Counted from the first letter of the stretch, positions 21,666 through 38,220 are shown. The stretch: 64,000 bases of DNA from Escherichia coli (GCF_003334765.1 NZ_QOWT01000002.1), one strand, 5' to 3'. Program-made: numbers and translations. The notes: generated from the letters alone by a model not told the origin.

Positions 21666-21867
21666 ATCATCACCCGCAAAAAAATGAGGCGCTATGTTAG
21701 CGCCTATGGTCAGCGGATTAAAGGTCTGCAAAGAGGGATTGCTGCAAACTGCAATCCCTCTCTATGCTTGATGTATGCCTGAGTTCGCTGCGCATTGCGT
21801 AATGCCGGGGAGCGAAAAAATAAGCGCTGATTTCTTAATGTGATCGGTAGCACGTTTTACGAATTAA

Positions 21868-22994
<1,127 letters not shown>

Positions 22995-22996
22995 AA

Positions 22997-23064
22997 TTTG
23001 CGATGCGTCGCGCATTTTTGATGTATGTTTCACGCGTTGCATAATTAATGAGATTCAGATCACA
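22997..23064 (+). promoter_or_regulatory. cdd promoter region with two CRP sites (about 22997-23018 and 23049-23064)
   Basis: TGCGA-N6-CGCGCA and TGAGA-N6-TCACA half-site pairs about 50 bp apart upstream of cdd; matches the classical CRP/CytR-regulated cdd promoter. Confidence 0.75.
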
Positions 23065-23123
23065 TATAAAGCCACAACGGGTTCGTAAACTGTTATCCCA
23101 TTACATGATTATGAGGCAACGCC

Positions 23124-25119
<1,996 letters not shown>

Positions 25120-25203
25120 TATTCCCCTCTCCAGTTAATTATTGAGAATAATTATTACTTCACCTGATAAGCTGCGGATATCACATTCCTAACCGCAGCT
25201 ATT

Positions 25204-25219
25204 TGTGAATCTTTTCACA
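25204..25219 (+). promoter_or_regulatory. Perfect CRP consensus palindrome upstream of preT
   Basis: TGTGA-N6-TCACA about 95 nt upstream of preT start. Confidence 0.6.
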
Positions 25220-25312
25220 GTTTAAATTCCCCCGCACGCTTAGCCTTAATATCAGTACATTATTATTTACTAAACGCTCGCCTTAATTACCTATAGCATT
25301 AAGGAAGATCAC

Positions 25313-26551
25313 ATGCCGCAACAAAATTATCTGGATGAACTCACTCCGGCTTTTACGTCTTTACTGGCGATTAAAGAAGCCTCTCGCTGTTTATTATGTC
25401 ACGACGCTCCCTGTAGTCAGGCTTGCCCGGCACAGACCGATCCGGGGAAATTTATTCGCTCAATCTACTTTCGTAATTTTAAAGGCGCTGCCGAGACAAT
25501 TCGCGAAAATAATGCCCTCGGTGCCGTTTGTGCCAGAGTGTGCCCGACGGAGAAATTATGCCAAAGCGGTTGTACCCGTGCCGGTGTTGATGCTCCCATT
25601 GATATCGGCCGCTTACAGCGTTTTGTTACTGATTTTGAACAACAAACCGGAATGGAAATTTATCAGCCCGGTACTAAAACGCTCGGCAAAGTCGCGATTA
25701 TTGGCGCAGGTCCTGCCGGATTGCAGGCCAGTGTGACACTGACAAACCAGGGTTATGACGTCACGATTTATGAGAAAGAAGCGCACCCCGGTGGCTGGTT
25801 GCGTAACGGTATTCCGCAATTCCGGTTACCGCAATCAGTGCTGGATGCAGAGATCGCCCGTATTGAAAAAATGGGCGTGACCATTAAGTGCAACAACGAA
25901 GTCGGTAACACACTCACCCTTGAGCAGCTGAAAGCAGAAAACCGCGCGGTACTGGTCACCGTGGGGTTATCAAGCGGTTCCGGGCTACCGCTGTTTGAGC
26001 ATAGTGACGTTGAGATTGCCGTCGACTTCTTGCAACGTGCACGACAGGCGCAAGGCGATATCAGCATTCCACAAAGCGCATTAATTATCGGCGGCGGTGA
26101 TGTCGCGATGGACGTAGCCAGCACGCTGAAAGTTCTCGGCTGTCAGGCGGTAACTTGCGTAGCGCGTGAAGAGTTAGATGAGTTTCCGGCAAGCGAAAAA
26201 GAGTTTACCAGCGCCCGGGAGCTGGGCGTTTCGATCATCGATGGATTCACGCCAGTAGCCGTGGAAGGCAATAAAGTCACGTTTAAGCATGTACGGTTAT
26301 CGGGCGAACTGACGATGGCGGCAGATAAAATTATTCTCGCCGTCGGTCAGCATGCCAGACTAGATGCCTTTGCGGAGTTAGAGCCGCAGCGTAACACCAT
26401 CAAAACACAAAATTACCAGACCCGCGACCCGCAAGTCTTTGCTGCTGGCGATATTGTTGAGGGTGACAAAACCGTGGTCTATGCCGTGAAAACCGGGAAA
26501 GAAGCCGCCGAGGCGATTCATCACTATTTAGAGGGAGCTTGCTCATGTTAA
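25313..26551 (+). CDS. preT: NAD-dependent dihydropyrimidine dehydrogenase subunit PreT
   Basis: Fe-S cysteine clusters and GAGPAG FAD/NAD fold. Confidence 0.9.
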   Translation: MPQQNYLDELTPAFTSLLAIKEASRCLLCHDAPCSQACPAQTDPGKFIRSIYFRNFKGAAETIRENNALGAVCARVCPTEKLCQSGCTRAGVDAPIDIGRLQRFVTDFEQQTGMEIYQPGTKTLGKVAIIGAGPAGLQASVTLTNQGYDVTIYEKEAHPGGWLRNGIPQFRLPQSVLDAEIARIEKMGVTIKCNNEVGNTLTLEQLKAENRAVLVTVGLSSGSGLPLFEHSDVEIAVDFLQRARQAQGDISIPQSALIIGGGDVAMDVASTLKVLGCQAVTCVAREELDEFPASEKEFTSARELGVSIIDGFTPVAVEGNKVTFKHVRLSGELTMAADKIILAVGQHARLDAFAELEPQRNTIKTQNYQTRDPQVFAAGDIVEGDKTVVYAVKTGKEAAEAIHHYLEGACSC

Positions 26552-27780
26552 CGAAAGATCTTTCGATTACTTTTTGCGGCGTGAAGTTTCCCAACCCGTT
26601 CTGCCTCTCTTCTTCGCCGGTAGGCAACTGCTATGAGATGTGTGCCAAAGCCTACGACACAGGTTGGGGCGGTGTGGTGTTTAAAACGATCGGCTTTTTT
26701 ATCGCCAACGAAGTCTCGCCGCGTTTTGATCATCTGGTGAAAGAAGATACCGGTTTTATCGGCTTCAAAAATATGGAGCAGATTGCTGAACATCCGTTGG
26801 AAGAGAATCTGGCCGCCCTGCGTCGGCTGAAGGAAGATTACCCGGACAAAGTATTGATCGCTTCGATCATGGGGGAAAATGAGCAGCAATGGGAGGAGCT
26901 GGCGCGCCTGGTGCAAGAAGCTGGCGCGGATATGATCGAGTGTAACTTCTCCTGTCCGCAAATGACTTCTCATGCGATGGGTAGCGATGTCGGGCAAAGC
27001 CCGGAGCTGGTAGAAAAATATTGTCGGGCAGTGAAACGGGGTTCCACGCTGCCAATGCTGGCGAAGATGACGCCGAATATCGGTGATATGTGCGAAGTGG
27101 CGCTGGCGGCGAAGCGCGGCGGCGCAGATGGCATTGCGGCGATTAACACCGTTAAATCCATCACCAATATCGATCTTAATCAGAAAATCGGTATGCCGAT
27201 CGTTAACGGAAAATCGAGTATTTCCGGATATTCCGGTAAAGCGGTAAAACCGATCGCCCTGCGCTTCATTCAGCAAATGCGCACCCATCCAGAACTGCGC
27301 GATTTCCCAATCAGCGGTATCGGCGGCATTGAAACCTGGGAGGATGCGGCTGAGTTTTTATTGCTCGGCGCAGCAACGTTACAGGTGACCACCGGCATCA
27401 TGCAGTACGGGTATCGGATAGTGGAAGATATGGCAAGCGGGTTGTCGCATTATCTCGCCGATCAGGGATTTGATTCGCTGCAGGAGATGGTAGGTCTGGC
27501 GAATAACAATATTGTCCCGGCGGAAGATTTAGACCGCAGTTATATTGTCTATCCCCGTATCAATCTTGATAAATGTGTTGGCTGTGGACGCTGTTATATT
27601 TCCTGTTACGACGGCGGTCACCAGGCGATGGAATGGAGCGAGAAAACCCGCACACCGCATTGTAATACCGAGAAATGTGTGGGTTGTCTGCTTTGTGGTC
27701 ACGTCTGCCCGGTGGGTTGTATTGAGCTCGGGGAAGTGAAGTTTAAGAAAGGCGAGAAAGAACACCCGGTAACGTTGTAA
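26545..27780 (+). CDS. preA: NAD-dependent dihydropyrimidine dehydrogenase subunit PreA
   Basis: Dihydroorotate-DH-like domain plus C-terminal 4Fe-4S motifs; overlaps preT end. Confidence 0.9.
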   Translation: MLTKDLSITFCGVKFPNPFCLSSSPVGNCYEMCAKAYDTGWGGVVFKTIGFFIANEVSPRFDHLVKEDTGFIGFKNMEQIAEHPLEENLAALRRLKEDYPDKVLIASIMGENEQQWEELARLVQEAGADMIECNFSCPQMTSHAMGSDVGQSPELVEKYCRAVKRGSTLPMLAKMTPNIGDMCEVALAAKRGGADGIAAINTVKSITNIDLNQKIGMPIVNGKSSISGYSGKAVKPIALRFIQQMRTHPELRDFPISGIGGIETWEDAAEFLLLGAATLQVTTGIMQYGYRIVEDMASGLSHYLADQGFDSLQEMVGLANNNIVPAEDLDRSYIVYPRINLDKCVGCGRCYISCYDGGHQAMEWSEKTRTPHCNTEKCVGCLLCGHVCPVGCIELGEVKFKKGEKEHPVTL

Positions 27781-27789
27781 AACCAGAGA

Positions 27790-27975
27790 CGCATCCGGCA
27801 TTTGGTTCCTGTCGCCGGATGCGGCTTGAACGCCTTATCCGGCCTACAAAACCATACAAATCAGTATGTTGAGCTTATTGTAGGCCGGATAAAACGCGCC
27901 AGCGTTGCATCCGGCATTTGGCTCCTGTTGCCGGATGCGGCGTGAACGCCTTATCCGGCCTACAAAACCACACAG
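27790..27975. repeat. BIME: cluster of REP copies
   Basis: Two near-identical direct REP units (GCCGGATGCGGC..CGCCTTATCCGGCCTAC) and an inverted partial copy between preA and mglC. Confidence 0.85.
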
Positions 27976-28022
27976 ATCATGATGTTATGTGCGTTTATGA
28001 CCGAATGCGGACCACATTCACA

Positions 28023-29033
28023 TCATTTCTTACGCGCGTATTTCAGTGAATCCAGCGCTACGGCGAAGATAATAATCGCCCCTTTGATGATGTACTGCCA
28101 GTATGGGTTTACGCCGATATACGTCAGGCCATAGTTGATGACGGTAAAAATAATTACCCCGGTCACCACGCCAATCACCGTCCCCACACCGCCGCTGAAC
28201 GATACACCGCCTACCACGCACGCCGCGATAGCATCCAGCTCATACATAAAGCCGAGGTTGTTGGTGGCAGAGCCGATACGTCCGGCTTCTAACATCCCGC
28301 CAAAGGCATAGAACACGCCAGACAACGCGTAGATCATCAGCAGGTTCAGGCCGACGTTGACACCAGATACTTTTGCCGCTTCCGGGTTACCGCCAATGGC
28401 AAAAATGTTCTTACCGAAGCGGGTTTTGTTCCACAACACCCAGACGAACGCCACCGCAATCAACGCGTAGAAGGTGATGTAAGAGAGACGGAAACTCCCC
28501 AGCGCGACAAAGCCCTGAGCAAAGGTAGAGAAGCCACTGTCAAAACCAGAAATTGGCGACGCCCCGACAAAGTCGTAATAGAGCGAGTTGATGCCATAGA
28601 CGATGATCATCGTGCCGAGCGTGGTAATGAACGGCGTCACGTTGAGATAAGCGATAATCAGACCGTTGATCAAACCGATCACCGCACCAATGGCACAGAC
28701 AATCAGAATAACCAGCGCAATCGGCATCGTCGCCATTTCCGGGAACACTTTGTTGGCGTTATCCATGGACTGCAATAATGTCGCAGCCACCACTGCCGCC
28801 AGCCCTACCTGACGACCAGCAGAAAGATCGGTCCCCTGGGTGACAATTAACCCTGCCACACCGAGCGCGATAATAATACGCACCGATGACTGGGTGAGAA
28901 TATTACTTAAGTTCAACAGACTTAAAAATGTTGGGTCCTGGAAAATAATAATCGCCAGCAAAACTAAAAGAACGACGTAAATACCGCCCTCTTTCAGGTA
29001 AGTAAGAAAACTTTTCTTATTTAACGCACTCAT
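28023..29033 (-). CDS. mglC: Galactose/methyl-galactoside ABC transporter permease MglC
   Basis: 336 aa polytopic permease; recognised sequence. Confidence 0.95.
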   Translation of the reverse strand: MSALNKKSFLTYLKEGGIYVVLLVLLAIIIFQDPTFLSLLNLSNILTQSSVRIIIALGVAGLIVTQGTDLSAGRQVGLAAVVAATLLQSMDNANKVFPEMATMPIALVILIVCAIGAVIGLINGLIIAYLNVTPFITTLGTMIIVYGINSLYYDFVGASPISGFDSGFSTFAQGFVALGSFRLSYITFYALIAVAFVWVLWNKTRFGKNIFAIGGNPEAAKVSGVNVGLNLLMIYALSGVFYAFGGMLEAGRIGSATNNLGFMYELDAIAACVVGGVSFSGGVGTVIGVVTGVIIFTVINYGLTYIGVNPYWQYIIKGAIIIFAVALDSLKYARKK

Positions 29034-29048
29034 GGGAAGCCCCTAATC

Positions 29049-30569
29049 TTAAAGGTGCAAAGACGCAAGACGCAGAATTTCGTTTTGCGTTGTTGTTTTT
29101 GTATCGACAATTCCGGAAACGAGACCATTGCTCATGACCAGAATACGGTCTGTTATCCCTAACAACTCAGGCATTTCAGAGGAGATAATAATAATCCCCT
29201 TGCCTTTCTTCGCCAGTTCGGCAATTAACTGATAAATTTCAAACTTCGCCCCGACATCAATACCGCGCGTCGGTTCATCGAGCATTAATATTTCTGGTTG
29301 CGTTAGTAGCCAGCGACCAATAATCACCTTTTGCTGATTACCACCGGAGAGCGAACCAATTTGCGTCCGATGACCCGGCGTTTTTACCCGCATCGAATCA
29401 ATCACCCACTGGGTATCGCTTTTCATCCGCGAGTTATCCAGTAAACCAACTTTATTTTTGTAGTTGCGAATATTGGAAATTAACGAGTTAAAACCAATAT
29501 CCAGATAGGCATAAATTCCCGTTGAGCGGCGCTCCTCAGTTACCAGTGCAAATCCATGGTTTATGGCTTCGTTGGCATTATGGTTATTGATCTGTTTGCC
29601 GTGCAACGTTATGGTGCCAGCCGATTTCTCGCGAATACCAAATAACGTCTCAACAATATCGGTACGTTTCGCCCCCACCAGACCGGCAATACCGAGGATC
29701 TCCCCTTTATGCAGATCAAACGAGACATCGCGAATCGACGGCTGGCGCAGTGACGTCAGGTTACGTACCTCGAGGATGACTTCGCCCGGTTTGTTTTCTT
29801 TGTCAGGGAAACGCTGGTTAAGAGAACGCCCAACCATCATGGCGATGATCTTGTCCATCGTCAGTCCTGCCAGCGGTTCGGTGGCGATCCACTGACCGTC
29901 GCGCAATACGGTAACTTCATCACATAACTGGAAGATTTCTTCCATTTTATGCGAGATATAAACAATACCGCAGCCGCGCTCTTTTAATTTACGAATAATA
30001 GTGAACAGATGATTGACCTCTTTTTCGGTTAACGAAGAAGTCGGTTCATCCATAATCACAATTTTCGCGTTATAGGAAAACGCTTTGGCGATTTCGATCA
30101 TCTGCATTTGCGAAACGGATAATGTGCCGACGCGCGCACGCGGATCGATATCAATATCCAGTTCGTCAAAAATCGCTTTGGTTTCGCGGTACATTTTGTC
30201 CTGATCGACAAACATGCCTTTGGTGGGATATCGCCCCAGCCACATGTTATCCATCACCGAACGTTGTAATACCAGGTTTAACTCCTGGTGTACCATCGAA
30301 ATACCATTTTCCAGGGCTTCTTTTGCAGAATGGAAATCGATCTCTTTACCCTGGAATAAAATGGTGCCGGAGTCTTTTTGATAAATACCAAACAGGCATT
30401 TTAATAATGTCGATTTTCCTGCACCGTTTTCCCCCATTAATGCATGGATAGAATGTGGCCGGACTTTTAAATTAACGTTATCAAGTGCCTTAACACCAGG
30501 AAAGGACTTGTTGATACCGCTCATTTCCAACAAGTATTCCCCGGAGGACGGAGTCGTTGAGCTGACCAT
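29049..30569 (-). CDS. mglA: Galactose/methyl-galactoside ABC transporter ATP-binding protein MglA
   Basis: 506 aa with duplicated ABC cassettes. Confidence 0.95.
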
Positions 30570-30629
30570 ATAATTTTACCTTGTTGGCCATACAATAAGG
30601 GCGCAGTAATAGACTGCGCCCAATCAGTC

Positions 30630-31628
30630 TTATTTCTTGCTGAATTCAGCCAGGTTGTCTTTATCTACGCCAACATAAGGTACGCGGACCACTTTGTTGT
30701 CGATTTTCCAGTTGGTGCCATCAGCCGCACCTTTACCATCGGCCAGGTTTTTCGCCAGATCAAAGGTCGCTTTCGCCTGGTTGTTAGCATCGTTCAGTAC
30801 GGTGCCCGCCAGTGCACCGGATTTCACCAGCGCCAGCGCTTCTGGCAGCGCATCGACGCCAAACACCGGAATGCTGGACTTGTTGTGTGCTTTCAGCGCT
30901 TCAACCGCGCCCATTGCCATCGCATCGTTGTTGGCGATAACCACTTCGATTTTGTTGGCGTTCGGGCCAGACAGCCAGGCGTCCATCTTATCTTTCGCCT
31001 GAGCGGTGTCCCACATTGCGGTATCTAACTGTAACTGTTCAGTTTTGATGCCTTTATCGTTCAATTCTTTAATCACGTAAGTGGTACGTGCTTCTGCATC
31101 CGGATGGCCCGGTTCACCTTTCAGCAGTACGAACTGAATCTGACCGTCTTTGTTCAGATCCCAACCCTGATTCGCCGCCCAGTGTTTAGCAATCAAATCG
31201 CCTTGAATAATGCCGGACTCTTTGGAGTCAGTGCCAACGTAGTAGGCTTTGTCGTAGCTATCCAGCGCCTTACGAGACGGTTCTTTGTTGAAGAAAACCA
31301 CCGGCACGTTTTGCCCACGCGCTTTCTCAATCACCGTACCCGCAGCTGCCGGGTCAACCAGGTTGATTGCCAGTGCCTTCACCCCTTTCGCCAGCAATAC
31401 GTCGATCTGATCGTTCTGCTTGGACTGGTCATTCTGAGAATCATTCATCAGCAGCTGAACATCTGGCGCGGCTTTCGCATCTTGCTCAATAGCCTTGCGC
31501 ACTACAGACATAAAGTTATCGTCGTACTTATAGATTGTTACACCAATGCGAGTATCAGCAGCGTGTGCAGCGGCACCGAATAACATGCTGGCCATCACAG
31601 CAGACAGGGTTAACACCTTCTTATTCAT
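30630..31628 (-). CDS. mglB: Periplasmic D-galactose/D-glucose-binding protein MglB
   Basis: 332 aa with signal peptide; recognised sequence. Confidence 0.95.
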   Translation of the reverse strand: MNKKVLTLSAVMASMLFGAAAHAADTRIGVTIYKYDDNFMSVVRKAIEQDAKAAPDVQLLMNDSQNDQSKQNDQIDVLLAKGVKALAINLVDPAAAGTVIEKARGQNVPVVFFNKEPSRKALDSYDKAYYVGTDSKESGIIQGDLIAKHWAANQGWDLNKDGQIQFVLLKGEPGHPDAEARTTYVIKELNDKGIKTEQLQLDTAMWDTAQAKDKMDAWLSGPNANKIEVVIANNDAMAMGAVEALKAHNKSSIPVFGVDALPEALALVKSGALAGTVLNDANNQAKATFDLAKNLADGKGAADGTNWKIDNKVVRVPYVGVDKDNLAEFSKK

Positions 31629-31879
31629 GGTATCTCCGGTTTTTCTTATGCAGGGTAGTGCTTGAGATAAATGCTCGGCGGGGCAGTAGAGTTAATGAAG
31701 TGTTACTGAACGCCGAAGCTCACTTTTTAAAATTCGTTCTTCCATGCCCGGTAACGCTCCAGAAAACGGCTTTAATTGTTGTTATGACGCTGTTACCTCG
31801 GCAAAAGTGATTATTCACTGTTACATACGGGTTACAACGTTAAAACGGTGCAATCATAGCTATCACATTGTTAAGATAC

Positions 31880-31895
31880 TGTGAAATCACTCACA
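31880..31895 (-). promoter_or_regulatory. CRP site in mgl control region
   Basis: Perfect TGTGA-N6-TCACA between galS and mglB. Confidence 0.7.
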
Positions 31896-31899
31896 GATT

Positions 31900-31914
31900 G
31901 AAAGCGGTTACATC
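31900..31914 (-). promoter_or_regulatory. GalR/GalS-type operator half-match
   Basis: GCGGTTACAT matches the gal internal operator; overlaps galS stop codon. Confidence 0.5.
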
Positions 31915-32948
31915 GCCTGATTTGTTGAGTTAGTGATCGCCGCCGCATTCTGGCGTGTTGCGACAGAATGGCGACGCACTAACGTCGGCATAAAACAGTG
32001 GCTGGCACGAGGATCAATATTGCCTGCTGCCCCCTGCAAGGCCAGTTCGGTGGCTAATTTCGCCATTGAAGCAATGGGATAACGCACGGTCGTTAATTGC
32101 GGGTCGGTGTAACGGGCGATGGGAATATCATCGAAACCGATGATTGAGAGATGTAACGGAATCGCAATGCCATTATCTTTTAATGCTGTCAGTGCGCCAG
32201 CGGCCATATTGTCGTTATAAGCAAATACAGCGGTAAGTTGTAGATTGCGCCCCAGCAGTTCAACCATCGCCGCCTCACCGCCCGGCATGTCCGGCGTACC
32301 AGCGCCAATCCAGCTTTCCGGCGGAATAATATCCTGCTCTTTCAACGCACTCATCCAGCCTGCTTTACGCATGGCGTCATCTTCAATGCCGTGGCTGGAA
32401 GAAAGATAACCAATACGTTGATGACCGTTATTCAGCAACATGCGCGTCGCCATTCGGGCACCGCTGAGATTATCCAGGCAAACGCAACGATGGGCGTACC
32501 CCGGCACAACGCGGTTGATTAACACCATACCGGGAATGTTATCCATAAATTGCGCCAGTTCATCGTCACTCAATGCTTTTGAGTGAACAATCAACGCATT
32601 ACAACGCTGGCGAATTAACACCTCAATGGCGTGACGCTCTTTTTCCGCTTCATGATAGCTATTGCCGATTAGCACGTATTTCTGATGCTGCTGAGCGACC
32701 AGATCCACCGCTTTTACCAGCGCGCCGAAAAACGCATCAGAAACGTCCATCACCACCACGCCAATGGTGTCGCTAACCTGAGTTGCCAGCGCCTGGGCAT
32801 TGGCGTTTGGCCGATAATCCAGCTCACTCACGGCTTTCATTACTGCTTCACGCGTGTCGGCACTGACCAGCGTGCTGTTATTGAGCACCCGGGAAACCGT
32901 TGCCACAGAGACGCCAGCCTGACGCGCTACATCACGAATGGTGATCAT
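31908..32948 (-). CDS. galS: LacI-family galactose isorepressor GalS
   Basis: N-terminal LacI HTH ([23 protein letters not shown]). Confidence 0.9.
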
Positions 32949-33089
32949 ATTCACTACCTGTTATGAGATTGCAGTAAATGACTGCTTGCTGGCGGCTATT
33001 TTGTCAGCACTGAATACAGGACTTCGTGAATCGAGTCACAGCAATGGAAACGGTTACAGCCGTTTTGTTAACGAATGTGATCCAGATCG

Positions 33090-34247
33090 TTATCTTGATG
33101 TTTTAGATATTGCCGGTCCGGCAGCACGCAAAGTTAACTGACGCCAGAGCCATTCCACCGGCCCCTGGCGGAAGTAACGCAGCCAGATAACAGAGAAGAG
33201 GATATTCGCCAGCCATACCGGAATAACAAACGCCAGCAGCTCCAGGCGGTCAAAATGCATAAACAAACCGAGGTGGTAAAAAAGCGTGGTACAAATCAGC
33301 GTTTGCAATAGATAGTTGGTCAGCGCCATCCGTCCGACGCAGGCGATCGCAAGCACCAGCTTAAAGCGGCTCAATTGCGGCCAGAAGCCATAAAACAGCG
33401 ACGCATAGCCAATCGCCTGAAACGGCGCACTCAGTTCCCGCGGCATTTGAAGTAAGAAGGCACACCAGCGATACGCCCAGTCCAGCTGCCATTGCAGGGC
33501 GATGGCAGGAAGGTTAATGGTCACCCCAATCGCCACCAGCACAAAACCAGTACGACGATAGTGACGTAAGCTGAACTGCCCTTTCAGCCAGCCGCTGCGC
33601 ATCAGCGCCGCACCAATGAGCATCATCCCTGCCAGTTGCCAGCCATACTGTGCGCCCAGTGCCAGTAAACTGTTGCCAACACCATCGGCACGATAACTGA
33701 TCGCTTCAACGCCGCCGTGAAGCTTCCAGTATTTTTCATACAAAATAGCCGATGCATCCGGCGTCCAGGCGCGGCTGGTCTGGCTGTCGGAAATCAGCCC
33801 CAATAACAGCAAAACGCCAAGCCCCACCAGATAAAGCATGACGCCTGTATTAAACAGGCTTTTTACCGATGGCGCATCGCGCACCAGCCGCCAGCAGATT
33901 AAGCCCACCAGCCCGTAAGCCAGCAAAATATCGCCGTCCCAGAACAATAAACCGTGAATAAAGCCCAACAAGACTAACAGCGTTAACCGCGACTGGATCC
34001 AGCGTCTGCCACGGGGCAGCAACATTTGCAGGCCCGCACCAAACAGTAGCGCAAAAAGCGTGAGGAATTTCACCTGGCCGATGAGATCAAGAAATGCCCA
34101 AGTCCATGCATCCCGCGGCGTAATAGCACCGTACCAGGCGGGATTGAGATAAGCCGCCTTTGGTAGCCCAAAGGCGCTGATGTTTAATAGCAGGATCCCC
34201 AGAATGGCGACGCCGCGAACAAAATCGAGCGTGACGTTGCGCTCCAT
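33090..34247 (-). CDS. yeiB: DUF418 inner membrane protein YeiB
   Basis: 385 aa polytopic membrane ORF. Confidence 0.8.
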   Translation of the reverse strand: MERNVTLDFVRGVAILGILLLNISAFGLPKAAYLNPAWYGAITPRDAWTWAFLDLIGQVKFLTLFALLFGAGLQMLLPRGRRWIQSRLTLLVLLGFIHGLLFWDGDILLAYGLVGLICWRLVRDAPSVKSLFNTGVMLYLVGLGVLLLLGLISDSQTSRAWTPDASAILYEKYWKLHGGVEAISYRADGVGNSLLALGAQYGWQLAGMMLIGAALMRSGWLKGQFSLRHYRRTGFVLVAIGVTINLPAIALQWQLDWAYRWCAFLLQMPRELSAPFQAIGYASLFYGFWPQLSRFKLVLAIACVGRMALTNYLLQTLICTTLFYHLGLFMHFDRLELLAFVIPVWLANILFSVIWLRYFRQGPVEWLWRQLTLRAAGPAISKTSR

Positions 34248-34263
34248 GGTTCCTGCCTTTTAA

Positions 34264-34932
34264 TCAGTTGTGATGACGCACAGCGCGCAGAAACTCGTGG
34301 CGCGTATTCTGACTGGATTTGAACAATCCACCAAGAGAGGTCGTTGTCGTGGCACTGGTTGCATCGCGGATGCCACGCGCCTTCACGCAGTAATGCACCG
34401 CGTCGATCGAGACAGCCACGTTATTGGTGCCCAGCAGCGTTTGTAGCGCAATAAGAATTTGCTGCGTCAGACGTTCCTGCACCTGCGGACGCTGGGCAAA
34501 GAACTGCACAATGCGGTTAATTTTTGACAGACCGATCACCGAATCTTTCGGGATATAGGCCACCGTCGCTTTGCCATCGATGGTAACAAAATGGTGTTCA
34601 CAGGTGCTGGTCAGAGTGATATCGCGCACGGTGACCATTTCATCGACCTTCATTTTGTTTTCAATGAGGGTGATTTTCGGGAAATTGGCGTAATCCAGAC
34701 CGGAGAAAATTTCATCGACATACATTTTAGCGATGCGATGCGGCGTTTCCATCAAACTGTCATCAGCCAGGTCGAGATTCAGCAGCTGCATGATTTCGGT
34801 CATATGACCAGCAATAAGGCTTTTGCGCGTTTCGTTATCCATTTCATGCACGGGCGGGCGCAGCGGTGTTTCCAGTCCTCGCGCAACTAACGCTTCATGA
34901 ACCAGGGCCGCTTCTTTACTGAGTGATGGCAT
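34264..34932 (-). CDS. folE: GTP cyclohydrolase I
   Basis: 222 aa; recognised sequence. Confidence 0.95.
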
Positions 34933-35156
34933 TTATGATTTCTCCTGCAGGTGTGACGCCTCCGCCCTGCGTGGGGGCAAAGTTATTAAGCTGATTTACA
35001 GCCTGATTATTGTGCGTGAGGCGGCGCACATAATCCAGTATTCACAGCGATAATTATTGTAATTGCCGCTGCCTTTCATCAGCAGATGTTAAAACATCGT
35101 TATGCAAATACGGAAGTGAAAGTTACTCACAGCACATTGAATAAACGGTATGATGA

Positions 35157-36026
<870 letters not shown>

Positions 36027-36057
36027 AAGTCCGCCCGGTTCGCCGGGCATCTTCTCA

Positions 36058-38049
36058 TCAGAAGCGATAATCCACTGCCATAAAGTAACGACGTCCGTCT
36101 TCGTTATAGCTGTAGTCGTCACGACTGAGATCCTTGTCGCCAAGGTTCAGCACGCCTGCGCGCAGTTTGACGTCTTTAGTCACCTGCCAGGCCGCGCCGG
36201 TATTCCAGATGGTATAACCGCCCGGTGTTTTAGCCGTCGCGCTGTCGGCGCGTTTCTGCCCGGTATAGTGCCCAGAAACATAGAATGACCAGTCTTCCAG
36301 CGCCAGCGGTTTCCAGTCCAGCGTACCGTTAGCAGTATGGAACGGCAGATCGGATAGCGGTTTGTTTTCGCCGTTGCTGACATCACGACCATCGTTGTAG
36401 GTGTAGTTGATCGACAGTTTCCATTCATCGTTGAACGGAATTTTCAGTTCGGTTTCCACGCCCTGAATACGAGCTTTGTTAACGTTGTAGTAGCTAAATA
36501 CCGGTATGCGCCGTCCGTTAGCGCCCGTCTCAAAACCAACAAAGTTTTGGTAGCCCGGTGCAGCGTTGACGTCAGACGTACGGCTGATGCTGATACGATC
36601 TTTCACATCGTTACGGAAAACGGTAACGCTGGATTCAACCCCTTCCAGCCAGCCTTCTTCACCCATGTAGTAAAGCCCCAGCTCCCAACTTTCGCTGGTT
36701 TCTGGTTTCAGATCCGGGCTACCCACAATCTTACATGCGCCACGGCAGGAATTGCTCGTCCAGTCAGGGCTAAGTTGCAACAGAGAAGGTGCTTTAAATG
36801 CCGTCGCCCAGCCCCCTTTCACCGTTACGGTGTCGGTGGCGTTATAAACCAGGTAGGCACGCGGACTCCAGTGTTCACCGTAGGTTTCGTGATCGTCCAT
36901 ACGCACGCCGGTCGTCAGCGCCAGCGGCTCGAAGATCCGCCATTCATCTTCCACAAACAGCGCGTACTGGCTGGCAGACGTTTTGGAGCTGGTTCCCCCG
37001 GTCAGGTTCACCGCATCGCTAAGTTTGTCGTGACGCCATTCACCGCCAACCGTGAGAAACTGATTAATCGCCGTCAGCGGCAACGTGTATTTGCCGTCGA
37101 CCGTATTGCTTTCGGAAGTTATCGGGCTGCTGTTGCCAGGGTTTTTGTTCTCGACTTTCTCACCGTAGTATTTCAGTTCGCTGGTGCCGTAATCCCAACG
37201 CCCATTATGGCTGACGGAGTAGTTCTGGCGTTCCAGGCGGTTTTTGTCCAGCGAGTCGGAATCACGATCCTGACGGTCGAAACCGTATCCGGCAGTAAAA
37301 TCGTGATTTTGATTCGGTGTCCAGGCAAATTCGACATTGCCGTCGCGGCTGGAGAATCCTTCAATACGCGGCGTTTCTCCGGTATCGGTGGTCGTTGAGT
37401 TTTGCGGGTCATCCTTTTCACGTTTTGCCAGGCTGCCGTAAGCTTTCATTCCCAGCACACCATCAATTAATGGTCCACTGGTAAAGAACTGACCGTTATA
37501 GGTGTCACCGCGATCGCGATGTTCCTGAATGGTGGTATCGACGGTAACGGTACCCGACCATTTCTGACCGATTTTTTTGGTGATGATATTCACTACACCG
37601 CCGAGCGCATCGGAACCGTACAGCGACGACATCGGGCCACGGACCACTTCAATACGTTCGATGGAATCGACCGGGATCCAGTTCAGATCGAAATCATTGT
37701 GGCGGAAGACGGCATTGCGGGAGTTCACGCGTTTACCGTCGACGAGAATCAGGGTATAGCTGCTGTCCAGACCACGAATACTAACGCCCTTACGGTTATC
37801 CCCTTCGTTCGTCAGTTGTACGCCAGGCACTTCTTTGAGGACATCCTTCAGATTCTGTACCGGTTTTCGCTGCAGGTCTTCCTGGGTAATGACGCTGATA
37901 CTGGCAGGTGCATCTTTAAGATTTTGTTCCACGGAAGATGCAGTGACAACCATCGTTTCGCCATCATCATCGACCGCTAACACAGGCCATGCACAAGAAA
38001 TAGCGGACAAACACAGCCCGACCCGTACGAAAGGGTTCAACCTAAACAT
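36058..38049 (-). CDS. cirA: TonB-dependent catecholate siderophore / colicin I receptor CirA
   Basis: 663 aa; signal peptide, plug, C-terminal F residue typical of TBDTs. Confidence 0.9.
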
Positions 38050-38220
38050 TCCATATCTCCATGAGGTAACTACGAAAATAAAATGGGTTATCGCTCACAT
38101 CTTCTTCACGTCCCCTTGCGTACGGCAGCATCGCGGTGGACTTATTTTTTATGCAGGTGATCATCCCAGAAAGCCGGAACAGCCTCTGATTTGTCAGCCT
38201 TTTTTGATTGCGGCGTAACG

